Assembly: GCF_009914755.1 (NCBI RefSeq)
Contig: NC_060939.1
Direction: 5' to 3' (one strand)
DNA: 64,000 nucleotides
Origin: the human T2T-CHM13v2.0 reference genome, Homo sapiens
The notes beneath the pieces are model-generated. The model was given only the letters and a program-made list of their open reading frames with translations, had not been told where the DNA came from and made no database searches. How positions within the stretch are numbered: position 1 is the first letter of the stretch; each line of letters opens with the position of its first letter. Positions 1 to 14,245 of the stretch are shown here, piece by piece. The translations under genes were made by a program, and so were the position numbers.

Positions 1-10
1 TATGCTCAAA

Positions 11-310
11 TTGGGTGCAGTGGCTCACGTCTATAATCCCAGCACTTTGAGAGGCTGAGGCAGGAGGATCACTTGAGCCCAGGAGTTCAAGACCAGCCTG
101 GGCAATATACTGAGACCTTGTCTTTACTAAAAAAAAAAAAAAAAAAAAAAAATTAGCTGTAGTCTCAGCTACTAGGGAGGCTGAGGTGGAAGAATCACTT
201 GAACACTCGAGTCTGGAAGGTTGAAGCTGGAGTGAGCTGTGATTGCACCACTGCACTACAGCCTGGGTGACAGAGCAAGACCCTGTCTCACCAAAACAAA
301 ACAAAACAAC
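11..310 (+). mobile_element. AluJ-type SINE
   Basis: Dimeric Alu with long middle A-tract and (CAAAA)n tail. Confidence 0.9.
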
Positions 311-518
311 TGTGTCCATTATAGAAAGTAGAACACTCCAGAAAAAAGGGAAAAGTAAGAAAAAATAATTTCTCCAGGGAATTCTGAGGTGAGGAGAGGT
401 GTTCAAAGATGAACTTAGTAATAGGAGCGGAGACAACGCCTCGCCTGAAGGAGCATCCAGACCGCTGACCTGGTGGCGAGGGGAGGGGGGTGGTCCTCGA
501 ACGCCTTGCAGAACTGGC

Positions 519-628
519 CTGGATACAGAGTGGACCGGCTGGCCCCATCTGGAAGACTAGTGATTTTGTTGTTGTCTTACTGCGCTCAACAACAAATCCC
601 AGTCTACCTAATGGTGCCAGCCATCGCA
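519..628 (+). ncRNA. MIR7-2: pre-miR-7-2 hairpin (miR-7-5p at 550-573; miR-7-2-3p at 590-611)
   Basis: TGGAAGACTAGTGATTTTGTTGTT (mature miR-7-5p) pairs with CAACAAATCCCAGTCTACCTAA across a loop; flanks CTGGATACAGAG...CCATCGCA match the recalled hsa-mir-7-2 precursor. Confidence 0.97.
541..618 (-). ncRNA. MIR3529: mir-3529 hairpin, antisense mirror of mir-7-2
   Basis: Reverse complement GGCACCATTAGGTAGACTGGG...TCTTCCAGATGGGGCC (78 nt) matches the recalled annotation; independent expression cannot be shown from sequence. Confidence 0.75.
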
Positions 629-1266
629 GCGGGGTGCAGGAAATGGGGGCAGCCCCCCTTTTTGGCTATCCTTCCACGTGTTCTTTTTTGTATCTTTTGT
701 GTTTCCTAGAAAACATCTCAGGTCACCACCCTAAACACCCATCGGCAGACTCTTCCAGAAACATGGACAAACTATGGTGTGAGCAGGGAAGTGGGGCAGG
801 GTCTCTGTTTTCAGGGAGCAGTGGACTGCTTCCATACCACTACCTGAAGGGCAGGGGGAGAAAAACCCTCCTTAATTACTAATTCCCCCAACAATCACTT
901 TGGGGCACCTATAATGGAGGCACCTTGTGACTCCACATCCTGGGGCTCAGGGCCTCATTGTCTGTGGCCCGACAGCCACAGTGTATGCGGGCACCGAGAG
1001 GTATGCACTGGAGACCGAGGTTCCCGGATGTTCAGTGTACCTGGCAGCAGGGGGGACACACCTGACCTCGGAGCTTGTCTGGTGCCTGCTCCACAGCTGA
1101 GGGAGTGGACTTGTGTGTATGGAATTTCTTGGTCCCAGTACCTGCCTCTGTGCTGCTACATCCAGAGGTGTGGCCAAGGGAAAAAAGCCCAGTGCTTGGG
1201 GACCATCCCCCACTGTGGCAGGAATACAATTAGAATTAGTGATCAGAAAAAGCATTTCCCAGCCTT

Positions 1267-1598
<332 letters not shown>

Positions 1599-2349
1599 TC
1601 CCAGCCTTTCTGCCTGGGATCCCTCTGCCTGGGGGGTACCTTGCCCTAAGGTGAGCACCAAGTTACAGTGATGACACTTTCAGTGGAGATTAATTTTCAA
1701 GCAACAAATCCAAATGCCCTCCCTATTCCTAAGTATATTCCCACCCTCCTCCATCCATACAGCAGAGGAGACTAAAGCATATTACAAACTAAAGTTGGGG
1801 GTTGGGGATCGTACTCATTTAGGGAATGCTAAAAATGCAACCATTAGCTGAGCTCATTCTACCTCTTCCGGTTGCTAGCTGTGTGACCTCTGGCAAGGCA
1901 CTTGACCTCTCTGAACCAAGTCAGCCCTTCACTTCTACCCAGAGACTTTGGCTGCCTCTGCTTCTGCTGCTCCCTATCCTACAAACTGGCTCTCTTCTTC
2001 TGCACTTCCAGTCTTAAATTTCCCTTTACTCCTAACCCTGCCTGAAGCCAGTGGGAAGCCAGTCCTATTAGAAATCTCATTTACACTTCAGAAGTCTGCA
2101 AATTGGTGTCACTCAGCAGGTATCTGTCCTTCACAGCGGGAGAGAAGCCCAGATTGGGCAGGAAGGGCAGAGCTGGAGAACAGGAGAGAAGGGGAGTTGA
2201 GTCTCTCCTGGGCAGCCCTCAGCCTCTGGGGCTGGTTTGGAGATGGAACGGGGAGAGATTGTGTCTCAGTGAAACAAGCATCTCGGGGGGGGGATGTGGG
2301 GTGCATTCCTGATTTGAGGGATGGATATGACAGCCTTTGTTAAGTGGTG

Positions 2350-2530
2350 GGGGGAGTCCTGGCTCTGAAGTCAAACATGTGCCAGTTTCAATCTTGGCTC
2401 CACTGCTTACGAGCTGTGTGACTTTGAGTCAGTCACTTAACATCTCTGAGTCTCAGATTCCTCAACTGTGAAACAGAATTGATCACATCTACCTTGCTAG
2501 GTTATTATGATAAGTAGGCAAGCGAAGTGT
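2350..2530. mobile_element. MIR SINE
   Basis: MIR core-like GCTGTGTGACTTTGAGTCAGTCACTTAACATCTCTGAGTCTCAG...CAACTGTGAAA. Confidence 0.7.
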
Positions 2531-2850
2531 CATAATATAAAATAGCATGGGTATATACCCAATATTGGTCTCTTCTGCCTTTTCTTTCATAGTTTTCATG
2601 GTTGTCCTCTTCACCAGCCTTGTGCACCCACAAATCTGCCATCCTGAAATAGGAAAAAATGGAAACCACCATCTTTCTATTAGTCTCCCCTATCATGTAG
2701 GAATTTAATCCTATTTAAATATGTATCCTTCCCCTTCCAGATCAGTATCTTGCCCATTTCAGGGGACTCAATATATATTGAAAGAATGAATATAGACCAA
2801 GTCCCTCCCCACTTTAAAAATGCTGAAATCAGGGCCTGCAGAGGTTGTGA

Positions 2851-3198
<348 letters not shown>

Positions 3199-3520
3199 CT
3201 AACTTACTACTTTTTAAGGTAACTTTATTGGAGTCTCAACACAAAAACCTCGGCGATACAAGGGTCAGGGCATCTGGCCCGTCGCCTTAACTGCATCAAC
3301 CGGGTTTACGAAACAGCCTGATTTCCAGCCCCACCCATCGCAACTGCAGCTGTCAGGTTTCCCGGCTCACGTTTCCCTGGATGAGCAGAGAGGCAGCGTC
3401 CTCTGCTGGAAGCTTTAGGTAACTCCACTTTAGCGGCAATTGTCAGTCTCAGCCACAAACTACTAACACCTGGGGAGATTTAAAAACCTTCCTGTTCAGG
3501 CCCCACCCCAGACCAGTTAA

Positions 3521-3862
<342 letters not shown>

Positions 3863-4790
3863 TCGTCTGTGTTTTTTCAAGTTCAGCATGTTGAGTCAAG
3901 GCTGGGGACCACTGAATGAAGGATTAATTTTATATGTGAGGGAACTCTAGTCTAGAATGGAACAAGGAACGGCAGAGAATAAAACTCCCCTCGATCAAAT
4001 CCCTCCAGTCTTCCATTAAAAAATTAGCCGTGTGACACTTAGCCTGGGCCTGAGAATCCCGGACATTCTCAGGAGTTGGGGGAGGGTACAAAGGTACCTT
4101 AATTGTCTTGGTGCCAGGCTGTGTCCTGGTAGGTCCAAAGTCCAGCTGCTGCTGGATCAAGAGAGCTAAGAGGCGGGGAGCTGCGTGCATAAAACAAGTA
4201 CCTTATTCACATTTAGCACTGGGAATGTCGTCAGCTTCATACTCTCCAACACAATGGATCCTAAACTTCGGCATGCCTCAGGATTAGCTATTTCATCAGC
4301 TTGTTAAAATGCTGGGCCCCACCCCCTAATTTTCTTAATCCTACCCCTTGACTTTCTGGGCCTCATCCCCTGACTTTCTGGGCCCCACAGCCTGATTTTC
4401 TGATTCAGTAGGTCCAACAAACTCCCAGGTAAATGCCCATGCTGCTGGGCTAGGACGACACGTGGAGAACAATTGCTCTAAAAATTGAGCAGATCAACAC
4501 TCTCTTTCAAGTCTGCACCTGGCCCAGCACCATGGGGATCCCCACAGTACCCCCAAAAAGTCCTCAGAATGAGTACACAGGGCAGGCAGAATGGCACTCT
4601 GACTGTAGCATAATGATTTGTAAATGCAAAACAGGTCAAGTCCTGTCTCAAGTGTTTTCAGATTGAAAATGCGGAGGGGGAAATGATGGGGTCCTTGAAG
4701 TCAGAGCTTGGATCATGGGTTTTTCCCCACCAGGCCCCAGCCTAAACAAGCTCTGTTATAAAGGAGCCCTCGTCTTTGTGGAAGGAGGCG

Positions 4791-5090
4791 TTTTTTGTTT
4801 TTTTTTCTTCAAGATGGAGCCTTGCTCTGTCATCCAGGCTGAAGTGCAGTGGCGCCATCTCGGCTCACTGCAACCTCTGCCTCCCGGGTTCAAATGATTC
4901 TCCTTCCTCAGCCTTCTGAGTAGCTAGGATTACAGGCAAGTGTCACCATGCCCGTCTAATTTTTGTATTTTTAGTAGAGATGGAGTTTCAGCGTGTTGGT
5001 CAGGGTGGTCTTCAACTTCTGAACTTGTGATCCACCAGCCTCTGCTTCCCAAAGTGTTGGGATTACAGGCGTGAGCCACCGCACCTGGCC
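4791..5090 (-). mobile_element. AluS
   Basis: Reverse full-length Alu. Confidence 0.88.
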
Positions 5091-5350
5091 TAGGAGGGAA
5101 TATTTTTATTCAATCCAGGGGCAGCCTCTGGGTAGAAGGGAAGGGCTGACTTGGTTCAGCAAGGTCAAGAGCCTTGCCAAAAGTCACACAGCTAGCAGAA
5201 GTTGGAGGGTGAGTTTAGTGGTTTCCCTAAGAAAGAAGGGGTATGGGTATTACCATCCACAGTCAAGATGACAGTGTGAGACCACCCTTACTGAATACCT
5301 GGGACATCAAGTTTTTTTACTTAGCAATTTTTTTATGATAAATGTAAGTA

Positions 5351-5700
5351 TAGATGGTCCCTGACCTACAATGGCTCAATTTAACATTTTTCAACTTTAC
5401 AATAGTGCAAAAGCAATACACATTTAGTAGAAACCTTACTTCAAGTGTCCATACATTCTGTTTTTTATTTTCAGTACAGTCGTGAATAAATTATGTGACA
5501 TGTTCAGTACTTTATTATAACATTTGTGTTAGATGATTTTGCCCAACTGTAGGCCAATGTAAATGTTGTAAGTACATCTAAGGTATGTCAGGCTAAGCTA
5601 TAGACGTTTGGTAGGTTAGATGTATTAAGTGCATTTTCAACTTGTGAATTATAGTGGGTTTATCCGGACATGGCCTCATTGTTAAGTCACAGAGCATCTG
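5351..5700 (-). mobile_element. MER47A-like Tigger-family MITE
   Basis: Terminal inverted repeats (TAGATGGTCCCTGACCTAC / GTTAAGTCACAGAGCATCTG), TA at left flank, ~350 bp, internal sequence matches recalled MER47A. Confidence 0.75.
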
Positions 5701-5789
5701 TTAATATGGACATCTTAAAAAGACGTCATTAAATGAACGCAATGGAGTCTAAATATCATAATGATTTGATACAAATATTATTCATTTTC

Positions 5790-6251
5790 ATTTATTTATT
5801 TTTTGTAGAGGTGGGGTCTCACTATGTTGCCCAGGCTGGAGGGTAACACAATCATAGTGCACTGTGGTCTCAAACTCCTGCCCTTCTCAAGTGATCCTCC
5901 CACCTCAGCCTCCAAAGTAGCTGGGACTACAGGCATGTGCCACCTTGCCTAGCTTCTTTATTTATTTATTGAGACAGAGTCTTGCACTGTTGCCCAGGCT
6001 GGAGGGCAGTGGTGCAATCTTGGCTCGCTGCAACCTCTATCTCCGGGGTGCAGGAGATTCTCATGCCTCAGCCTCCTGAGTAGCTGGGATTATAGGTGCC
6101 CACGACCATACCTAGGTAATTTTTGTCTTTTAGTAGAGACAGGATTTCACCATGTTGGCCAGGCTGGTCTCAAACTTGAGACCTCAGGTGATTCACCCGC
6201 CTTGGCCTCCCAAAGTGTTGGAATTACAGGCGTGAGCCACAGCGCCCGGCC
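5790..6251 (-). mobile_element. Partial AluJ/monomer followed by AluS
   Basis: Two adjacent reverse Alu sequences. Confidence 0.85.
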
Positions 6252-6283
6252 TTCATTTTTAAAGTACATGAAAAAACTATTTA

Positions 6284-6930
6284 TGACAATGTTGAGTTTT
6301 ACCTAAGCACTGTGCTCCTAGAGAACAGCAATGATTAACCCCTTACCCCCTAACCCCACCTCAACCCCGTCTCTCGGGTTCTGGAAATGGCTCACTGCAA
6401 TGACTGAGATAAAACTCATGGATTCCCCTCTATGGCGATTCCCCACTATACCCTGTTACTAGACCGGATACAGATAGCCCCAATTCCCATTTGCCTCATA
6501 AGTGACTAGATGAAATGCTTGGCCCATTGATCAGCTGGAAAAAAAATGCTCATTAATGAAACTTTGGTTAAGCTTTTGTCCTTCCCCAAGGCCTCTGAAT
6601 TTTGGCCCACCCTCAGCCTAAACCAGCATGAAATCCCTCTGTAACAGCCCCCTTGAGAACAGGCTGGCCTCAGGATAAAGCAATCTCTGATCTACTGCCC
6701 CACCCTGTCACTCTCGTTCATCCCATTTGCCTACACCAGGTTCTTTCTAGACTGGTTTACTCCTTCCTATAAAAGAAAATCCCTTTTTACCTACCCCTTG
6801 AGAGTTTGTAGATTTATGGCCTGAGTGTTCTCCCTGTTTACAGAGTCTTACCACCCTCACCCCACCCCAAAATCATCCTTTTAAATAAAATCTCTCTTTA
6901 TCAAATCTGGGTCTGTTTTTTTATTTGACA
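6284..6930 (+). mobile_element. ERV1 solo LTR (MER34/MER39-like)
   Basis: TG...CA ends, TATAAAA 6768-6774, AATAAA 6884-6889, ...TTTATTTGACA terminus typical of the MER34/39 group. Confidence 0.65.
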
Positions 6931-7489
6931 TAATATGCAACATTCTTTTTTTCTTCCTATTCAGCTTCTGCTACGGAGTTTTATCCAAGCATAATATATT
7001 TTCATGCTTGGTAATATTTTATGAAGCACCCTATTGTACATTTCTGTCACACAATTATGCAGATAAATTTGAACTTGTTAACTCTAAAAAATTTTCTGTG
7101 ACCATGAGGTTCTAAGGGTTAATTTTTTTTCCTTCTAGATTGAAATGTTGTTGTAATTATTAGTAGTACATATGATTAAAATACATGCATAGCATTTCAT
7201 TATATGAGAGAATCTTTAAACATACAAGTTAATTAATCTTCATTAAAATGTCATGGAAAATATATCTTTGAAGGAGATGGATTGAGCCAGTTATTTTTCC
7301 ATAAATTTGTGAGTCCAGAGATGAGTATCACTTTTTGTAAGAATGAGACAGAGGTGAGTCTGTTGTTTTGATTTTATAGTTGTAAGCCTGATAAACATTG
7401 TTTACATTAAAACCATAGAGAAATGGGAAGGGTTTTAGTCTGGCAATTCTCCCACTTCTTTTAAATTCCTGATAATTATCTATACTCAT

Positions 7490-7760
7490 GTATTTATTTA
7501 TTTATTCATTTATTTGTTTACTGGAGACAGGGTCTGTCTGGCTCTGTCACCCAGGCTGGAGTGCAGTGGCTCAATCATAGCTCACTGTAACCTCTAACTC
7601 CTGGACTCAAGGGATCCTCCCACTTCAGCCTCCCCAGTAGTTGGGACTGTAGGCACACACCTCCACATTTATTTATTTTTGTGAAGACAGGATCTTGCTA
7701 TGTTGCCCATGCTGGTCTCAAACTCCTGGCCTCAAGCAGTCCTCCAGCCTTGGTCTCAAG
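7490..7760 (-). mobile_element. AluJ (truncated)
   Basis: Reverse diverged Alu. Confidence 0.8.
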
Positions 7761-8110
7761 AAAATGTTTTTAATGACCTAACAACATGATTAGATCCTCC
7801 TTGGATCTTGGTGAAAGCAAAGAATCAGAAACCACCTGACTTGTAGAAGGATTTCTTGCCCCGTCCTCAACAATAATTAATACATTATTTAGAATTGCCC
7901 TATTGTTTCTCCTGGAGACTTTTATTTCCCAAGGTAATGCAGCAGAGCAAGATTTAGAACAGGTGCAGTGTGAATTGCCTTTGAAAAGTGGGAGACAGCT
8001 GGTTACACATGAGGAGAGGGAAGCTGAACCCCAAAGACCCCAGGCATATTCTGAGGCCCAGCACCATGGAAGCAGAGGATCTGGATATTGACTCTCTTAA
8101 AACTCTCCTT

Positions 8111-8473
<363 letters not shown>

Positions 8474-9058
8474 CTATAACCCCTTCCCCTCTGCTCTCTG
8501 ATCAACGCTGCCTCCTAAGTAGCATTTGAATCTGTCATTTCAAATGCTACTTAGGTGGGGAGCTCTTTATCCTCCACACCACTCTGGACATCATGATCTT
8601 CCAAATTTCCACAAACACTCCCCCACTCCTTTCTCCAGTCCTCATCCATTCCTCTCTATGCTGCAGCCAGAACAAGTTTTTTCAAATGCAGATTCACTGG
8701 TAAACTATCTATGGCTTAAATCCCTCTGCCTCCCCAAAGCCTTCAGGGGCCTGGGTAAAAGGATTGATCTCTCTTGTGACCTCATCCCTTGTCCTGCTTC
8801 CCTCAAATTTGTACTCCCATCAGAAAGAGCTCCTAGCTTATTTCTCATCACAGGTACGTTTCCAAATCACTTCTGCTTGCAAAATGTGAACTAAGAGAAG
8901 TCAGACTGCTTAGGTAAGGATCTTTGGACTCTAGGTGTTTCTCCTTAATTTAAGTGTCAATTTCCTTAACTGTAAAACTGAAATAATAGTAAGGTCATTG
9001 TACAAATTAACTGAGTATTTTGCCTGGCACATCATTCGTGCTCACATAATACGTGTGA

Positions 9059-9412
<354 letters not shown>

Positions 9413-10010
9413 TCATGTTGCACTGAATTTTCTGTTAACCTTGCTGTTTCCCTGCTGTTAGATAAACAACTCAGGATGCTTATGTGTTTATTGTGTGCAT
9501 CCCACTGCCAAGCCCACGTAGGAACTTAATACTTAGGAGTCAAGTGTTGCAAAAGAATAAATGAAAAAGCAGCGCTGACGGAGGAAACCTGACTTTCAAA
9601 GTCTCTCTTTAGTGCCTACTGTGTATATTATTTCCTTGAATCCCAGAACACCCGAGGAGGTAAGGGCCGATGTTCCCAATCTGCAGATGTGGGTGTACTC
9701 AGTTAAGTCATTCGGCCTTTGGTGGTACCAGGCTTACAGGAGCCCACATCCCGACCCAGGTAGAGGAGTGGATTGGAGCCGGGGAACACTGATGGGACCG
9801 GGCAGGGACGACAGGAGGTCAGTCTCCCTTCCCTTCTCTTTAAAATTTCCCGCCAGTATGGCCGGCTCGCAGCACGAGTTACGCCCTCTTCAGGAGTCCC
9901 TCCCCTTCTGCTCTCGCCCGCCTCCCCGCTGCCAGGCAGGCTCGACCAATCAGAAGAGGTCTTGGGCGGGCGCTGCCGTCCAGCGAGCCAATAGGCGGGC
10001 AGTCGGAGCC

Positions 10011-10030
10011 GGGCTTGCCCGGGCATGTGG
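10011..10030 (+). promoter_or_regulatory. AEN: p53 response element GGGCTTGCCC GGGCATGTGG
   Basis: Two RRRCWWGYYY half-sites with no spacer (first perfect, second 8/10); AEN is an established direct p53 target. Confidence 0.9.
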
Positions 10031-10087
10031 GAGCTGCCGGCTTTCCGGACGCCACGTGCAGACCGGAAGAGACACGCGGGGCTTCAG
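10031..10087 (+). other. AEN: AEN non-coding exon 1 (5' end approximate)
   Basis: Donor CAG|GTGAGA at 10087/10088 within the CpG island. Confidence 0.8.
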
Positions 10088-11093
10088 GTGAGATCCAGGA
10101 CCCTGCACCGGGGCGGCGGGGTCGGGCGGGCTGAGGCCGCGTGTCCCGGGTCGCAGGTCCCCGCGCGTTGTTTCCGCCCCGGCCTGCGGCGGGGACGCCT
10201 GAACTGGGCTGACCCTGCCCTACCGGCCCGCAGAAAAGCAGGCCGGGCGCCGCCTGTCTCCAGCCCTCGCTCTGCTCGGGGGTCCAGGGCCAGAGGGGGC
10301 GGCGCTGGTCGTTGGGACTCGGCCCAGCTGCCGCGGCCAGCAAGTGATCAACGCCCGAGTCCTTCCCGGTGAGATCAGGCCTCCCACGCGTCACGCCTGG
10401 GAGAACGCCAGCCGGCGGGGAGGTCGTGCCAGGATAGCAGACTTTAGTTGTTGTCGTTGTTCCGTGGACTTTTTAGCAGCACAGGGGACCTTATCGAGCC
10501 AGGTATTTTCAGGTTTGGGCGATTATCAGAATTGTGGCTTGAGGGTAGGGGTCGTCCGCGCTCTTTTTAAAAATCTAGATTCTCAGGCCCCTTTCCCCAA
10601 AATAGCAATTAGGACGGTGTGGGAGTGGGCCTGAAAATCAGCCTTTCATCAGATGTCATATGGTAATTAACTACATTTGGGAAGCCCTTATCTAATTCAC
10701 AGCCCTCGGTTGATGGTGAAGAGACGTGACTTGCCCCAGATCATCTAGCTACTTAGTGCCAGAGGAGGGTCTAGAACTGCCCTCTGCCCTCTTGATCAGC
10801 CAGCAGGTTGGTGGCTCTCATGCCACCGAGGATTCTGACTTCTTGGTTCCTTTGGGGCCTTTGCTCCATTGACTCTGCAGCTGGGACCCTTTCTTTAGGC
10901 CAGACCCCCTCCCTGCCTGAAGGCCGGGTGTCTGACCCCCAGAGCGCTGGGTCCAGGCTAGAGAAAGGCTTGTGTTTGTCCTTGTTGAAAGGGTTGTTTT
11001 ATCTGAGCGGAACTTCTCTCCAGCTTCACTGAGCTACATTTGGGTCCCCAAAGAGGTGTGTCCTTGATGACTGTTGGTTTTGACGTGTCAGCA

Positions 11094-11599
11094 TGTAGCA
11101 GGAGGAGCCGCGGACAAAACCCCACAGAGGTAGTGAAGGAATTGGCTTTTAATCAGCTGGAAGCATCGGCAGACTAGCATCTCAAAATCCGAGCTTGTTG
11201 AGTGCACAGTTTCTGTCCCTTTTAAGGACTCACAACACTAAAGATTTTACAAGAAAGGGCCATGATTGATTGAGCAATCTAGGGGGTATGTGACAGGGAC
11301 TGCATGCACCGGTAGTCAGAGTGAAACAGAACAGAACAGAACAAGAGATTTCACAGTGTCCTTCTATACAATGTCTGAAATCTATGGATAACATCGGTTG
11401 CTAGGTCATGGGTTTAATTTTAACTATCAGGCTAAGGTCAGGCAGGCCCAGGCCTGGTTTTGGGTCTGGTTTTGGGTCTGGTGCGTGGCGCCGGGCTGCC
11501 TGCCTTTGGTTTTGCTTCCTTGTTTCTTCTTAAAACAGGTACTGAGTATAAAATAATACAGAACAATATGAGGGGGAGGTCTCTTTCTCTCTTCTCTTA
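11094..11599 (-). mobile_element. LTR6 (LTR6B-like, HERVS71) solo LTR in AEN intron 1
   Basis: Minus strand ends ...CCTGCTACA and begins TAAGAGAAGAGAGAAAGAGACCTCCCCCTCATATTG; 4-bp TSD AGCA at 11090-11093 and 11600-11603. Confidence 0.8.
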
Positions 11600-13306
11600 A
11601 GCAAGGTCAGGGTGTTTGGAAAAGGACTACTTTCCTCTCTTGAAATAGGAGGCTACAGAGACCTTTTCTCAGATAACTTAATTTCTGGCTTCTTTAAAAC
11701 CTTGCCAGTAGGATCAGGAAAGCCACCCACCCTACTCCTAGCCTCAGCCCCTCACAGAGAAAGGAGGGGACTATCCGCCAGCCCCCTTTCCCAAATTAGT
11801 TATTAGCAGGGTGGGCATTGGGCTTCTTAGGCTTTTTTCTCCCATTGCTGGGCTGAGGCAGATTAAGGTTCTGAATTTGTCAGTTCTAAGATGTGACTGT
11901 CAATATGAGGAAGTTGGTTACAGTTAAGACCTTTTTAAAAGAGAGACCTTTTCTCCTGGAAAGGATGGGATGAGCAAGCAGGGTGGATGAGTCAGGATGG
12001 GTCAGGTCTGGATGAGTCAAGTCAGGATGCGGTGCCCTGCCCTAGAGTGTGGGGATTCTTTATGCAAATGCTGGCATCATCAAACCTGGCATTTCACCTC
12101 ACCTCCCATCCCCTTCCCATTTCTCTTAATCTCTGCTGCTACTGCTCAGGTTTTCATCTTCTCCAGACCTCTTTCTACACTCTTCTGAAGAGGACCTGCC
12201 ACATGCTAGCTTCTAGGCTGGCTGTTGGGGAAGGGACAATCAAGGCTCTAACCTGCCTTCTTACAGCTCTGAGGTAGACTGTGTGTACCAATGGACTTTG
12301 AAGGGTGTAATAATTCTCAAATTGTGCTATAAGAGCTCAGCACAGAGGGATGAATTTCTTTGCTCCCCAGCTAGACTTAGTGTCCTGAGTCAGGGCTACT
12401 GTGGGATATTTCAGTGACCTCCATAGGTGCCTCTGGGGCTCCCCCACTCACTTGGCCAGTAGAGACCAATTCAGGGGACACCAGATTGCGGTAGGGGTGG
12501 CTTGTGGAAGGGCCACCAGAGTAGGAAACAGAAGATGAAATGGTGCAAAGGAGAGAGGAGCGAGGAGCAGTGCCTCCAGCATGACCCGCCTTATGCTCTA
12601 CACCCCAGTGACTTGAGGCTGCTGGTGGGCCCTCTTCCTCCACCCTGGGTTAGTCCTTTTTAAGGCCTTTGCCCCTAACATGGCCACTGATTCTTCTCCC
12701 TTCTACCTGGAAGGTTACTGTTGTACATGCACACAGATGTAGCCTCTTCCAGGAAGCCTCCAGAGAATTGTCCTCCAGCCTGTTTTGCCTCCCTAGCACC
12801 TCTGCTTCAGCCCTTAACACACTTTATGCTTGGTTTCTGTCTCCACCATGAAACTAAACTTCTTGGAGTCCAGGATCCACCTGTGCAGCCGCCCAGCATC
12901 TGGCACAGTGGAGACCCGAGAGAGCCTCAGTATGGCATTGGCCTGTGCAACCCAGTGGGACAGAGTTTCTTCCAGAAGGGCTTCTGGGTGGTGGCGGAAC
13001 AGTAGCTGAGTCTGAAAGAGCAGGAGGGCTGTGAGTGGGAAGGGAGGCTGTGGCTTGGGAAAGGGCAGTGAGTCCAGGCGGAGGCTGCTCTGGCCTGAGA
13101 AGAGCTGGCTGCCAACCACGGGCTAGAGTCTAACCTCTCTGGGAGAAGGAGCAGTGGTTATTGAGCCCCTACTGTTCAGAATACAGGAAGACCCCAGCAT
13201 ACATTGTGTCGTTTCCTCTTCACACAGTAGAGGGGGTGGTAGGATCATTTTACATGCCTGAAAACTGAAACTTAGCAGTTTAGGTCATTTACAAAGAGCT
13301 GAGTTA

Positions 13307-13601
<295 letters not shown>

Positions 13602-13949
13602 TGCCAAGTTAAACCCTGCTCTGCCTGACTTCAAAGCCCTAGTTTGTTTGATCTGTTAAAAATGTACTGACTGACTTGGCATAACAAATGAGACAGGCTT
13701 TCCAAGTTATGGCCTCAGCTGTTGGGAAGATGCTGGGTTTTGCAAACTCACATGAACATCAGACATTTCCTGTAGCAGCAATGAACGACAGCACCTCTTA
13801 TCCTAGCATTCAGTGACGAGGGCTTAAAGTCCGCTGGGTGGGAGCCCATCACAGAAATCTGCAAGCACTTCAGATCAGGACTTTTAAATGTTTCTAGATG
13901 CTGTGGCGATTAATGAATTACAACGTCAGGTAAAGAAATTACACTTAAA

Positions 13950-14245
13950 GGCTGGACACCGTGGCTCATACTTATAATCCCAGTACTTTGGGAGGCCGAA
14001 GTGGGCGGATCACTTGAGCCCAGTTTAAGACCAGCAGGGCAACATGATGAAACCCCATCTCTACTAAAAATACAAAAAAAGTAGCCAGGTGTGGTTGTGT
14101 GTACCTGTAGTCCCAGCTACCCAGGAGGCTGAGGTGGGAGGATCACTTGAGCCCTGCAGTGAGCTGTGATCACGCCACTGCACTTCAGCCTGGGTGACAG
14201 AGCAAGAACTTATCTCAAAATAAATAAATTAATTAAATAAATAAA
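13950..14245 (+). mobile_element. AluJ-like with internal deletion
   Basis: Alu with (TAAA)n tail. Confidence 0.85.

Larger units (their letters stand above)
9860..10570 (+). promoter_or_regulatory. AEN: AEN CpG-island promoter: CCAAT boxes 9946-9950 and 9988-9992, GC boxes, E-box CACGTG 10053-10058, ETS CCGGAAG 10063-10069
   Basis: Dense CpG, TATA-less; motifs read directly from the sequence. Confidence 0.9.

Noticed and set aside
4345-4405. Three ~23-bp repeats (CTGACTTTCTGGGCC), superficially CRISPR-like
   Set aside because: Local slippage in a MER5-like element; no unique spacers, eukaryotic context
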